From NCBI GenBank assembly GCA_964418595.1, contig CAYQMF010000015.1, forward strand, positions 5,756 to 69,755: a stretch of DNA of 64,000 nt, read 5' to 3'. Under the pieces are notes generated by a model that saw only the letters and a list, made by a program, of their open reading frames with translations, was not told the origin of the DNA and made no database searches. Shown here piece by piece: positions 44,277 through 53,858 of this stretch (the stretch's first letter is position 1; each line of letters begins with the position of its first letter). The translations under genes were made by a program, and so were the position numbers. Source of the stretch: an uncultured candidatus Brocadiaceae bacterium (GTDB taxonomy: Bacteria > Planctomycetota > UBA1135 > UBA2386).

Positions 44277-46061
44277 TCACGGAGAGCGACGCACCTCGAC
44301 CTGATACGCGCCGTACTCGCCCTTGGTATCCGCCAGAGTGACACGCAGCGCAGCAGGTCCCGCGGGCAGGTCGAGGGCGAACTCCGCGTGCGCTGCCTCG
44401 CGAGTCAGCTCGAACTCGGCGGTCACGTCGCCGCAGCGCAGCACACCGCGCGTGGCTTCGCGGCCCCTGGGCATCCGCACGGTCGCGAGGTATTCGCCGG
44501 CGCGCCGCACGTCGACCAGCCACTCGCCTTGCGCGCCCCAACCCTGGCCGGCGACGCGGCGCCAATCCTGACGTGTCAACACGGTCACCAGCTCGGCTTC
44601 GCTGCCGACGAAGATCCGCGGCGGTGCGAACGCATCCGACCGCGTCGCAGCCACGTCGTCGAACCATGCGTCGTATCTGGCGCTCAGCTCGGCCACCACG
44701 TCTTGATGCTGCGCGGCCACATCGTGCTGCTCGAAGGGATCCTCGACCATGTCGTACAGCTCCGGGCGCAGCGGCGGCGGCGCGTCGAGTTCACGCCAGA
44801 ACCCGGTCGGGTTGACCAGCTTCCACCGCTGCGTGCGCAGGGCGAAGTGGTGGTAGCGCACCGGCACATCGCCCCGGTTGGCCTGGATCACCAGGGTCCG
44901 ATCGGGCCACGGCGCGTCGCGGCGCTCGAGGAGGCCGAGCACGCTGCGCCCGTCCAGGCGGACACTCGCGGGTGCGGCCACACCGCACGCCTCGAGGATC
45001 GTCGGCATCAGATCGACGTGCGCGGTGATCCGATCCGACGCGTCGCCGGGCTGCAGACGCGAGGGCCAGTGTGCCCACAGCGGTGAGCGGATCCCGCCCT
45101 CGTACACATCGCCTTTGGAGCCACGGTAGCCGGCGACCCAGCGGCGGCCCTCCGGCCCGTTGTCGCAGAGGAACACGACGAGCGTGTCGTCGAGGCAACC
45201 GAGCGCACGCAGGCCGTCCACCAGCCGTCCGACGTTCGCGTCGACGTTCTCGATCATGGCGTAGGTGCGCGCGAGGACGTCGGCGTCGACCCTCTCCTTC
45301 GCTGGCCAGCCCGGCGTCGCGGGAAACCTCTCCGCGCCGACGCCCTCCTTCGCGTACCGCTCGCGCAGGTCCTCTGGCACATCGCCGAAGGGACCATGCG
45401 GTGCGTTGGTGGGCAGGTAGCAGAAGAACGGCCGGCCCGCCGCGCGACAGGTCGCCATCCACCGCAGTGCGGCGGCGAAGAACACGTCGGTGCAGTAGCC
45501 GTTGGCCTGCTCGCGCGCGCCGTTGCGGAACAGGACCGGGTCGGTGTACCTGCGTTCCCCGCCCACCGGATCGCTCGGTTGGCCGATGCCGCCGCCGCGC
45601 AGCACCAAGGTCTCCTCGAACCCCTGGTCGCTCGCGCGCAGCGGGTGGCAGTCGCCGAGGTGCCACTTGCCGAAGATCCCCGTCGCGTAGCCCGCTGCCC
45701 GCAGGATCTCCGCCACCGTCACTTCGTCGGGCTCCATCATCGCGCGTCCGATGTAGGTGTCGAAGGCGCGCGTCCGCTGGCACCAGCGCCCCGTCATCAG
45801 CGCCGCCCGCGTCGGCGTGCAGACCGGCGAGACGTAGAACGCCGTGAGCCGCGCACTCGCGCGCGCCAGGGCATCGAGATGCGGGGTGCGGATCACCGGG
45901 TTGCCGGCGAAGCCGAAGTCGCCGAAGCCCTGGTCGTCGGTCATCACGAGCACCACGTTGGGACGGGCGGCAGGCGCGTCCGTCTGCGCGCCGACCGTCC
46001 CGACCATGAGCAAGCCCACCAAAGCGACCCTTGCCATGCCGCGACCATAACCCCTGGCCAT
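44277..46061 (-). CDS. sulfatase (arylsulfatase A family)
   Basis: Signal peptide, then 'NVVLVMTDDQGFGDFGFAGN...SPVCTPTRAALMTGRW' (C-x-P-x-R formylglycine motif) and 'GKWHLG'. Alternative ATG at 46037. Confidence 0.92.
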   Translation of the reverse strand: MARGYGRGMARVALVGLLMVGTVGAQTDAPAARPNVVLVMTDDQGFGDFGFAGNPVIRTPHLDALARASARLTAFYVSPVCTPTRAALMTGRWCQRTRAFDTYIGRAMMEPDEVTVAEILRAAGYATGIFGKWHLGDCHPLRASDQGFEETLVLRGGGIGQPSDPVGGERRYTDPVLFRNGAREQANGYCTDVFFAAALRWMATCRAAGRPFFCYLPTNAPHGPFGDVPEDLRERYAKEGVGAERFPATPGWPAKERVDADVLARTYAMIENVDANVGRLVDGLRALGCLDDTLVVFLCDNGPEGRRWVAGYRGSKGDVYEGGIRSPLWAHWPSRLQPGDASDRITAHVDLMPTILEACGVAAPASVRLDGRSVLGLLERRDAPWPDRTLVIQANRGDVPVRYHHFALRTQRWKLVNPTGFWRELDAPPPLRPELYDMVEDPFEQHDVAAQHQDVVAELSARYDAWFDDVAATRSDAFAPPRIFVGSEAELVTVLTRQDWRRVAGQGWGAQGEWLVDVRRAGEYLATVRMPRGREATRGVLRCGDVTAEFELTREAAHAEFALDLPAGPAALRVTLADTKGEYGAYQVEVRRSP

Positions 46062-46188
46062 CGCCACCGACCGCCATGTGTCCCGCGGCGAGACGGCGTC
46101 GGGGCTCGGCGAACAGTGTCCCGCCGATCGTGACGACACAGGCGAGGAGCCGGCGCGCGGTGGCGCCGGCGGTCCAGGGAAACCCACC

Positions 46189-49100
46189 ATGCGATCGCAC
46201 CTTTGTCATGCCCCGTCGCGCGCGCGCGCCGACGTGCCCGCCCTCCCGCTTCGTCGTCCTTCGTCGGTCTCACCTCGTCGGTTCGGCTGGCTGGCTGCGG
46301 CAACCCTGATCCTCGCGGCTTGCGGCGCCGGGGGCGAGAACACCGCCGGCGGTGGCGGTGGTGGTGGCGGCGGCGGAGGTGGTGGCGGTGGCGGTGGCGG
46401 CGGGGGCTGGGGCAACGGCGGCGGCGGCAATCGCCCTGGTGCGGCGATCGACCTCGGCTCGGCGACGCTCGCCAACTACGACACGCGGCGGCGACGCCTC
46501 ATGCAGGTGGTGTGCCTGCCGTTCAACGAGCGCGATCTCTTCACGGCCAACGACCCCATCACGGTGCTCGATCCCGGCACCGGGCGGGACGAGCGGTGTC
46601 AGGTGGAGGCCGACTGGCTCACGCCGTACGCCGACGGCGTGCAGCGCGGGGTCCGCGTCACCTTCCCGGCGGTCGTCGATCCCGGCACGCGCACGACCTT
46701 CGAGTTCCGTCGCGGCGACACGGGTGCCGCGCCGGCGTTCGCGGCGCGCCCGAACGTGATCGCGGGCCTGGTCGCGACGGGCCTGACGTTCTTCGCGGGT
46801 CCGCGGGCCACGCACTTCGTGCGCTTCAAGGCCGCCGGCGAGCCGCTGCCGACTCCGGTCTATCTGGGCGCGCGGTCGGTCGTCTATCGCTGGTTCGCCC
46901 GTATCTACCAGCCGGCGCACGCGCCGACGCTGCGCACCCAGATGTGGTGCGAACTCGACATCGAGGTCTTCCATGACGAGGACTACGCGGAGTTCTCCAC
47001 GCGTTGGGGTTGTTGCGATCCACGCGTCGACGAGCCGGACGGCTTCAATCGTTCCGGCTTCAGCGACGCCGACACGCAGGTGGGCTTCGAGTTCGCCATC
47101 CAGAGTCCCACCGTGTGCCAGCCGGTTCCGTTCTTCCCGGAGCAGTGCGTGGTGTCGCTGACCCACGACGGCGCGCGCTGGCGCTGGGTCCAGGATCAGC
47201 GCAACCGCTACCAGGGCCAGATCCTCAACGACATCCTGCCCTGGGGCATCTGTGCGCAGGCGCGCGGCGTGCTCCTCTTCCGGGGCACCAACGGCACCAT
47301 CGGCGAGCCGCTGCGCGACGCGTCGCTGCAGGCGTTCCTGTCGTTGCCGGAGCCGGTCTTCGCCATCGCGAACACCTGGGGGATCCGCGACGAGGCCTAC
47401 GGCCCGGTCGGCACCCTGCCGCGCCCGTTCAAGCGCCACGAGCACTACGACCGCACGCGCGACTACGACTACGTGCGCGGCAAGCTCGAGCTGGAAGCGC
47501 GCACGCTCGCCGAAGGCTCGTCGCCTTCCGACTTCCCGTACATCTGGTACAAGGACAACGCCGTGGGGATGTCGATCCATCAGCAGTACGGCTCGACGTC
47601 CACCGGCACGCACGGCTCGTGGCAGAAGCTGCCGCACTACCCGGCGTGCGCGTACGCGGTGCCGGGGCTCGGGCTGTATGTGGAGAAGTTCATGCAGGCG
47701 TTCGCGGCGCCGTTCGCGTTCCGCGAGGCCGACGGTCGTCTGGTGACGGTGTTCGAACATCCCGAACTCGACGTCGATCGCATGAGCCCCGGACGCACGG
47801 GTGGTCGCGGCGACATGCTGGGCAAGACCGCCGATCAGGCCTGGCGGCTGTCGCAGACGTCCTGGCTGATCCGCTCGCCGGCCAACATCGGCGGTGCGAT
47901 CGGCCCCGCGAACGAAGGCACCGCGGAGTCGCACTTCGACCAGCCGTTCCCGTTCGTGCAGGCCGCGGTGTTCGGCTCGCGCAACATGCGCCGCTTCGCG
48001 GAGTCGCTCACCTACTTCTCGATCCTCGGCGGCTGGCAGCCCACCGAGTGGAGCCTCGGCCGCACCGGCCAGCCGCGCGGGCTGCAGCGCGGCGGCATCA
48101 TGCATTCGTGGGCGCTGTGGATGTTCGGCGCCGACACGCGCCTCGCCGATCGCTGCTACGACTCGCTCTACACGCACTACTACGCGCGCGCGGTGAGCGA
48201 CACGAACGCACAGTTCGGCCTGCAGGCGAACCGGCTCGTGAAGACGCCCAACATCATCTCGCCCAACGCCAGCGCCGGTCCCGACCGCGTCGAACTGCGC
48301 AACTACCCGTACTTCCGGCCGTGGGAGGACGGCCTCGGTGTCGGCGCGTGGTACGGCATCGCCCGCCTCGGCACGCACCAGCGTCCGGAGCTGGCGATCT
48401 GGAAGACGGTGGCGAAGGACTTCGCCACCGACGCCTATCGCTACGGGACACCGACCGAGGTCGATGCCAGCGGGCGCATCCTCTATCGCTACCTGCGCCC
48501 GCACGCCAACGGCGCGGGTGGCTCGATCTACGAGCCGGGCGCGGCGGTGGCGATCGGCGCCAACCAGGGCAACCGCGCCCTGCTGCGCACGGAGATGCAG
48601 CAGAACAACTGGGAGCTGTGCTCGGGCCAGAGCGGCAACTGCACGGCATCGAACGATGGCTTCATGCGCCTCGGCACTCCTGGTGCCGGCACGACCTCGT
48701 TCACCATGGGTGCTGCCGCCTACATCCTGGAACTCGAGGGTGGCGTCGGCGACGTCATGCTGACGCGCTACGTGCAGCAGTTGTTCACCACGCGCGCCGG
48801 CATCCCGGGCGGGTGGACGCCGCAGTTCACCTGGCTCACCGGCGAAGCCAAGTGGCCGATCGCGTTCGAGACGGTCATCTTCGGCGCGCAGCGCACGCGC
48901 GGGGCGATGCCGGTGCGGCGCGGCAAGGGCAGCTCGATGTCACGGCTCGAGGGTCAGCTCGATCATGCGTGGGTCGTCACCGACGACGACACCGCGCTGC
49001 GGCGCATCAACATCGCCACCGGTCAGGTCCTCGCCACGGTCACGCCATCCGTGGCTCCTGCCGGTGGCCGCTGGAGCGACATCCATTGCATGCGCTACGG

Positions 49101-49638
49101 CGAGGAAGACATGCTCTGCGTCCTCGACGGACGCGACACGGGCTTCAACCGCGGCAGCTACCGCTTCGCGTACACGCGCGAACAGACGCCGACCACCGGG
49201 TGGCAGACCGTCGCCTTCACGTTCGGCGACGGGCTGTCACGCACGTGCTCCGGCATCGCCTGGGACCCCAACCTCGGCGGCTGGCTCATCATCGCCCGTC
49301 GTCCTGCCGCGGGCAGCGAGGGTGACGTGAGCATCTGGCGCGTGCCGATCGCGGGTGGCGTCGCCGAGCGCGACAGTGACCGCACCGTGCTCGACGTGGA
49401 CTTCGCCGAAGGTGTCGACGTGCTCGAAGACGGCCGGCTCATGGCCGTCACGCGCGTCGACGGCACGGTCGATGTCTACGCCTACGCCAAGGGCGGCTAT
49501 TGGGGTTCGCCGCGCAACCAGTACACGCTTCCTTCGGGGACCTCGGTCGCGTGCTTCACGCGTCATCGTCGTTTCGACGACTCGCTCCGCCTGATCATGG
49601 TGGGCGATGGTGGGTCGTTCTACGAGGTGGAGATCTAG
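46189..49638 (+). CDS. large lipoprotein of unknown function with poly-glycine linker
   Basis: Lipobox 'LILAACGAGG' followed by 20 consecutive Gly. After that, about 1040 aa of normal composition with no motif I recognise. The start choice (ATG 46189) is uncertain. Confidence 0.65.
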   Translation: MRSHLCHAPSRARADVPALPLRRPSSVSPRRFGWLAAATLILAACGAGGENTAGGGGGGGGGGGGGGGGGGGGWGNGGGGNRPGAAIDLGSATLANYDTRRRRLMQVVCLPFNERDLFTANDPITVLDPGTGRDERCQVEADWLTPYADGVQRGVRVTFPAVVDPGTRTTFEFRRGDTGAAPAFAARPNVIAGLVATGLTFFAGPRATHFVRFKAAGEPLPTPVYLGARSVVYRWFARIYQPAHAPTLRTQMWCELDIEVFHDEDYAEFSTRWGCCDPRVDEPDGFNRSGFSDADTQVGFEFAIQSPTVCQPVPFFPEQCVVSLTHDGARWRWVQDQRNRYQGQILNDILPWGICAQARGVLLFRGTNGTIGEPLRDASLQAFLSLPEPVFAIANTWGIRDEAYGPVGTLPRPFKRHEHYDRTRDYDYVRGKLELEARTLAEGSSPSDFPYIWYKDNAVGMSIHQQYGSTSTGTHGSWQKLPHYPACAYAVPGLGLYVEKFMQAFAAPFAFREADGRLVTVFEHPELDVDRMSPGRTGGRGDMLGKTADQAWRLSQTSWLIRSPANIGGAIGPANEGTAESHFDQPFPFVQAAVFGSRNMRRFAESLTYFSILGGWQPTEWSLGRTGQPRGLQRGGIMHSWALWMFGADTRLADRCYDSLYTHYYARAVSDTNAQFGLQANRLVKTPNIISPNASAGPDRVELRNYPYFRPWEDGLGVGAWYGIARLGTHQRPELAIWKTVAKDFATDAYRYGTPTEVDASGRILYRYLRPHANGAGGSIYEPGAAVAIGANQGNRALLRTEMQQNNWELCSGQSGNCTASNDGFMRLGTPGAGTTSFTMGAAAYILELEGGVGDVMLTRYVQQLFTTRAGIPGGWTPQFTWLTGEAKWPIAFETVIFGAQRTRGAMPVRRGKGSSMSRLEGQLDHAWVVTDDDTALRRINIATGQVLATVTPSVAPAGGRWSDIHCMRYGEEDMLCVLDGRDTGFNRGSYRFAYTREQTPTTGWQTVAFTFGDGLSRTCSGIAWDPNLGGWLIIARRPAAGSEGDVSIWRVPIAGGVAERDSDRTVLDVDFAEGVDVLEDGRLMAVTRVDGTVDVYAYAKGGYWGSPRNQYTLPSGTSVACFTRHRRFDDSLRLIMVGDGGSFYEVEI
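46348..46407 (+). repeat. 20 x GGN codon tract (poly-Gly) inside CDS 46189..49638
   Basis: Read directly: ggc ggt ggc ggt ggt ggt ggc ggc ggc gga ggt ggt ggc ggt ggc ggt ggc ggc ggg ggc. The antisense reads as poly-Pro (track ORF 46206..46475). Confidence 0.95.
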
Positions 49639-49642
49639 GCGA

Positions 49643-49670
49643 GCGATGGCCGAGCTTGCTCGGCCATCGC
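49643..49670. terminator. GC-rich hairpin between convergent genes (putative terminator)
   Basis: Perfect 12-bp stem GCGATGGCCGAG / CTCGGCCATCGC with 4-nt loop CTTG, 5 nt after the stop at 49638. Confidence 0.5.
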
Positions 49671-49714
49671 AGGTGCCAGCCTGTTGTCGGCGCAGATCCC
49701 GACGCACAACGACC

Positions 49715-52402
49715 TCACCGGTCGTCGTCGTCATCTGCACCTTTGTTCACCGCCCACTCCGGGTACGGCGCCGCGCTGCCCTTCATCGCCCGCCACAGGA
49801 TGCGGTTGAGTGCGTCTTCCGGCGCGCGGTCGACCCTGGAGAAGTCCATCTGCGCCGACGCCTCGGCGTCGGCGCGCAGGCGCGGATCGAGGAGCGCGGT
49901 CGACCCGGGGTTCATCTGATCCAGGGGCACGTTGGCCGCCCGCGCCGTGAACGGCCGCAGGTCGGGCGTGTCGGTGAAGCAGTCGAACATCGGCGTCGCG
50001 CTCGCGTCGAATGCGTTCATCGGCGGCAGCCCGAGGATCTGCTCGATCGTGCGCAGCACGCTGGTCGTGTTGTACTGCGTGCTCACCGTCACCCCGCGGC
50101 GCGCGTACGGGCTCGCAACGTACGCCGTCGTGCGGTATCCGCTCACGTGATCCCACCCCGCCTGCGGGTCGTCCTCGATCACGAACACCGCCATGTCCTT
50201 CCAGAACGACGAGCGGCTGAGACCGTCCAGGATGCGACCCAGGGCCAGGTCGTTGTCGGCCACGCAGGCCGCCGGCGTCGGGCAGTCCTTGCTGGTGCCG
50301 CTGGTGTGGTCGTTCGGGAGGCAGATCAGCGTCAACTGCGGGTACACCCCGCGCGCTTCGCACTCGGCCAGCTCGCGCAGCACGAAGTCGGCGCGGTACT
50401 GGTCGGGCACCGCCATCTCCCAGCCCACGTAGGCCGGCGGCGAGTACGGCACGAGCGACTCGACCACGGGTCGGCTCTGAAAGACCACGGCATCGCTCTC
50501 GCCCTTCCAGGTCCGCCAGCAATCGCGGAAGCGGATCGCGTCCTGGCGGGCCGGATCCTTCCACCGCACCAGCGGTTCGCAGAATTCGCCGTAGTTGCGC
50601 AACGTCACGCCGCGCGCGATGGCGAGGTCCCACAGGAACCCGCTGCTCGCGTAGGAGAGGGCGTCCTTGTCGTCCTCGCCCATCCCGTCGGGATAGCTCC
50701 GCGGGAAGCCGGCGAAGCTCTTCTCGAGGTAGTCGGTCGAGAACGCCGCCGTGCTCCACTGGTGCCCGTCGGCGCTGAGGATGCCGGCGCAGTAGGTGTT
50801 GTCGAGGAGGACGAACTCGCGGGCGAGCGCGTGCTGGTTCGGCGTGATCCGTTCGCCGAACACGCACAGGCTCGCATCGCCGTTGCCCGCGGCGACATCG
50901 CCGAGCACCTGGTCGTACGTCCGGTTCTCCTTGATCACGTACACCACGTGCCGGATCAGGCTCGGCTCGCCGCTGCGCTCCGGGATCGCCCGCGCGGGCT
51001 GCCCGGGGCGCGCCGGCAACCGCGCCTGGGCGATCGCCGGCGCGCGCAGGTCGATCGCGAGGCGTGCCGACAGCGCGGCGAGTTCCTCCGCGTCGGGGAT
51101 CGGCGCGAGCGACACCGACCCGTGGTACTGATGGCTGTTGAACTCCGGGCCGCGCCCTGCGGCGCCTTCACCCTCGCGCGCCCGGCCGAAGCCGATGCCC
51201 TTGATGTTGGCGACGCAGAGCTGCGCGCGCGCAGCGTCGACGACCAGGGCGCCCGGAAACCAGCCGACCGGGATCAGACCCGCCAGCCGGCTCTCGCGGT
51301 CGGCAGGATCGAAGCGGACCACGGCGATGGCGTTCTGCGTGCCGTTGGCGACGTAGAGCGTCTTGCCGTCGGGGGCGAAGGCCAGCGCGTTGGGCGTGGC
51401 GGTGAGCAGGTCCGAGGGCTTGGGACGCATCCAGATCGTCTCCACGATCCGGCCATCGCCCGCGTCCAGCACCGACAACGTGTCGCTCGCCGCGTTCGCG
51501 CACACGACGAAGCGCGCGTCGGGGGACACGGCGAGTGCGCTCGCGTGCAGGCCCGTGATGATCTCGGCCATGACGCTGCCGGCCTCGAGGTCGACGATGC
51601 TGACCGAGCCCTCGCTCGCGATGTGGCGCACGGGATCGACGCGCACGACGGTGCCGCGTCCCGCGGGGCCGACGACATCGCCCTCCCCGGGGCGTCGACC
51701 ACCCCAGTTGCTGACGAAGGCGCGGTTGCGCACGCGCACGACGTCGTACGGCGCGACTCCGACCGGGAAGGTCCGTCGCACGGCGCCCGTGCCGGTGTCC
51801 ACCTCGAGCAGCCGGTTGGAGAGATTGCCGCACACGAGCAGCGTCGCACCATCGCCGCTCAGCGCGAGCCCGCTCGGAATCTCGGCCTCGCGCCGCGGCG
51901 CGTCGGCATTCGGCAGCGGGATCGAGTGCGACGCGCGCACCGTCCCTCCGTCGAGGGCGAAGACCTTCACGGAGCCGCGCACGTTGCTGAGGTAGGCGCG
52001 CGTGCCATCCGCGCTGACCGCGAGCCCGGTGAAGCTGACCTGATCCCCCTTGTCGGGCTGCAGGATGTTGCGTGACACCGGATCCTGTGGCGTCGTCTGC
52101 CGGTCGCTCGGCAGCGGCACCCGGGCGCGCACGGTGCCGGTGTCGGGATCGAGGACCAGGAGCTGGTTGGACTTGCCGGCGACGAGGAGCGAGCGTCCGT
52201 CCGGCGTGAGCGCGATGACCTGCGGGCGCAGGCCGTCGAGATCGACGAGCCTGCCGTGCGGGCGCAGGTTCTGATTCACCGGCGTCGCAGTGTGGTCGGC
52301 GTGGCGTCCCACGGGCTCCGCCGTGTGGATGACGCGCGCGTCGATGGCGACGCCACACGAGGTGAGGGCCACGGCGGCGAGGGTGGTGAGGCGCGTGTGC
52401 AT
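49715..52402 (-). CDS. bifunctional YncE-like beta-propeller / phosphoesterase (PLC / acid-phosphatase family) lipoprotein
   Basis: Lipobox 'AVALTSCG'. N-terminal propeller repeats ('SPDGRSLLVAG', 'SADGTRAYLSN', 'SGDGATLLVCG', 'APDGKTLYVANG'). C-terminal 'VVYVIKENRTYDQVLGD', 'HTSGT', 'DDPQAGWDHVSGYRT'. Confidence 0.85.
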   Translation of the reverse strand: MHTRLTTLAAVALTSCGVAIDARVIHTAEPVGRHADHTATPVNQNLRPHGRLVDLDGLRPQVIALTPDGRSLLVAGKSNQLLVLDPDTGTVRARVPLPSDRQTTPQDPVSRNILQPDKGDQVSFTGLAVSADGTRAYLSNVRGSVKVFALDGGTVRASHSIPLPNADAPRREAEIPSGLALSGDGATLLVCGNLSNRLLEVDTGTGAVRRTFPVGVAPYDVVRVRNRAFVSNWGGRRPGEGDVVGPAGRGTVVRVDPVRHIASEGSVSIVDLEAGSVMAEIITGLHASALAVSPDARFVVCANAASDTLSVLDAGDGRIVETIWMRPKPSDLLTATPNALAFAPDGKTLYVANGTQNAIAVVRFDPADRESRLAGLIPVGWFPGALVVDAARAQLCVANIKGIGFGRAREGEGAAGRGPEFNSHQYHGSVSLAPIPDAEELAALSARLAIDLRAPAIAQARLPARPGQPARAIPERSGEPSLIRHVVYVIKENRTYDQVLGDVAAGNGDASLCVFGERITPNQHALAREFVLLDNTYCAGILSADGHQWSTAAFSTDYLEKSFAGFPRSYPDGMGEDDKDALSYASSGFLWDLAIARGVTLRNYGEFCEPLVRWKDPARQDAIRFRDCWRTWKGESDAVVFQSRPVVESLVPYSPPAYVGWEMAVPDQYRADFVLRELAECEARGVYPQLTLICLPNDHTSGTSKDCPTPAACVADNDLALGRILDGLSRSSFWKDMAVFVIEDDPQAGWDHVSGYRTTAYVASPYARRGVTVSTQYNTTSVLRTIEQILGLPPMNAFDASATPMFDCFTDTPDLRPFTARAANVPLDQMNPGSTALLDPRLRADAEASAQMDFSRVDRAPEDALNRILWRAMKGSAAPYPEWAVNKGADDDDDR

Positions 52403-52580
52403 GCGGATCGCTGGCACGATCCTGCCACGCGGGGAGGCGGATTCCACGACGGGGAGACGCGGTGTGACCCTCGGCGGCGGCGAGAACCGCGGATCGGATT
52501 GGTGCATCGCCGCCCTGTCCGGCGATGATGCGGCACGCGCATCTTGCGATGGGCGAAGCGACGCCCGCGCGGTCCCGACC

Positions 52581-53858
52581 TTGACCTTCCCCGTCTACAT
52601 CACCGGCGTCGGTGCCAGCCTGCCGGAGCGGACGCTCACCAACGAGCAGATCGCCGCCGGCATGCCCTGGCTCGACCTCAGCGCCGACTGGGTGCGCGAG
52701 CACACCGGGATCCGCCGCCGCCATGTGGCCGCGCCCGACCAGCACGCGATCGATCTCGGCTACGCGGCGGCGCGGCAGGCGCTGGCGCGCAGCGCCTGCG
52801 ACGCGGACGACATCGACCTGATCATCATGGCCACCAACACCGCCGAGTTCGTGTATCCGGCGGGGGCGGCGATGATCCAGGAGCGCCTCGCCGCGGAGTG
52901 CGCGAAGTTCTCGCGCATGGCGCGTGCGGCGGCGCTCGACCTGCAGCAGGGCTGCGCCAGCTTCGTCGCCGGCATCGCCATCGCGGCGTCCATGATCCAG
53001 AGCGGGGCCTGTGCGCGCACGCTGGTGATCGGCGCGGACGTCGCCACGCGCATGGTGGACTGGACCGACCGCAGCGCGGTCCTGCTCGGCGACGGCGGCA
53101 CGGCCTGCGTGCTCGGTCGCGATCCGCCGTCGGTCTCGGCGGCCCACCCCGGGCTCGAGGTCCTCGCGTCGTTCATGCGGACGATCCCGGACCGGGAGTC
53201 GATCTACCAACGCGGCGTGCTCGACCCGCGCAACGACCCGTTCCAGCACATGGAGTTCGCGAAGCGGCTCAACGGGCCCGTCACGCGGCGTTCGCTCTAT
53301 GCGCGCTTCAACCCGCCGGGCGGCACCGACGAGGTCTCGCGCTTCTTCCAGATGGACGGGCGCAAGGTCTACCGCTTCGTGCGCCGCACGGTGGCGGCGT
53401 CGGGCTACCTGGAGGTGATGTGCCGCGCCGGGCTGGTGACCGACGCGGAGCGCGAACGGATCGAACAGCACCTGCGCGCCGACGCCCCGGCGTTGGCCGA
53501 ACTGAGCGAGGAGTTCCTGGCGCGACTCGCGGGGCGGATCGACCGCTTCATCCCGCACGGCGCCAACATGGTCCTCGACCAGGAACTCGCCGACCAGATG
53601 CAGATCCCCTACGAGCGCATGGCGCTCACGCTCGCCGAGCACGGCAACACCTCGGCGGCGAGCGTCGGCATCACGCTCGAACGCCTGCTGCGTAACAGCG
53701 TCGCCTTCTCGACCATCGCCAAGCGCGACGCGCAGGGCGTGATCAGCAAGCCGGCCCGCGACGTCGTGGTGCGGCCGCTCGCGCGCGGCCATACCGCGCT
53801 GTTGTTGTCCTTCGGCGCGGGGACGAGCTGGAACTACGTGGTCGCGCGCGTGGTCTGA
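52581..53858 (+). CDS. 3-oxoacyl-ACP synthase III (FabH-like KAS III) with extended insert
   Basis: 'VYITGVGASLPERTLTNEQI', Cys 'DLQQGCASFVAG', His 'FIPHGANMV', Asn 'LAEHGNTSAASVGITL', 'SFGAGTSW'. Start placed at the in-frame TTG 52581, because upstream track codons are Arg-rich and overlap the divergent gene. Confidence 0.8.
   Translation: MTFPVYITGVGASLPERTLTNEQIAAGMPWLDLSADWVREHTGIRRRHVAAPDQHAIDLGYAAARQALARSACDADDIDLIIMATNTAEFVYPAGAAMIQERLAAECAKFSRMARAAALDLQQGCASFVAGIAIAASMIQSGACARTLVIGADVATRMVDWTDRSAVLLGDGGTACVLGRDPPSVSAAHPGLEVLASFMRTIPDRESIYQRGVLDPRNDPFQHMEFAKRLNGPVTRRSLYARFNPPGGTDEVSRFFQMDGRKVYRFVRRTVAASGYLEVMCRAGLVTDAERERIEQHLRADAPALAELSEEFLARLAGRIDRFIPHGANMVLDQELADQMQIPYERMALTLAEHGNTSAASVGITLERLLRNSVAFSTIAKRDAQGVISKPARDVVVRPLARGHTALLLSFGAGTSWNYVVARVV

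Noticed and set aside
29848-46061. Idea that the FGE-sulfatase domain of the caspase fusion protein matures the sulfatase at 44277..46061 (C-x-P-x-R motif).
   Set aside because: The genes are 11 kb apart with unrelated genes between them. FGE-type domains fused to effector domains usually act as binding or sensor modules, so there is no evidence for a functional pair.
46206-46475. 89-aa minus-strand ORF with a long poly-proline run.
   Set aside because: It is the antisense reading of the 20 x GGN glycine tract in the plus-strand lipoprotein gene, not an independent gene.
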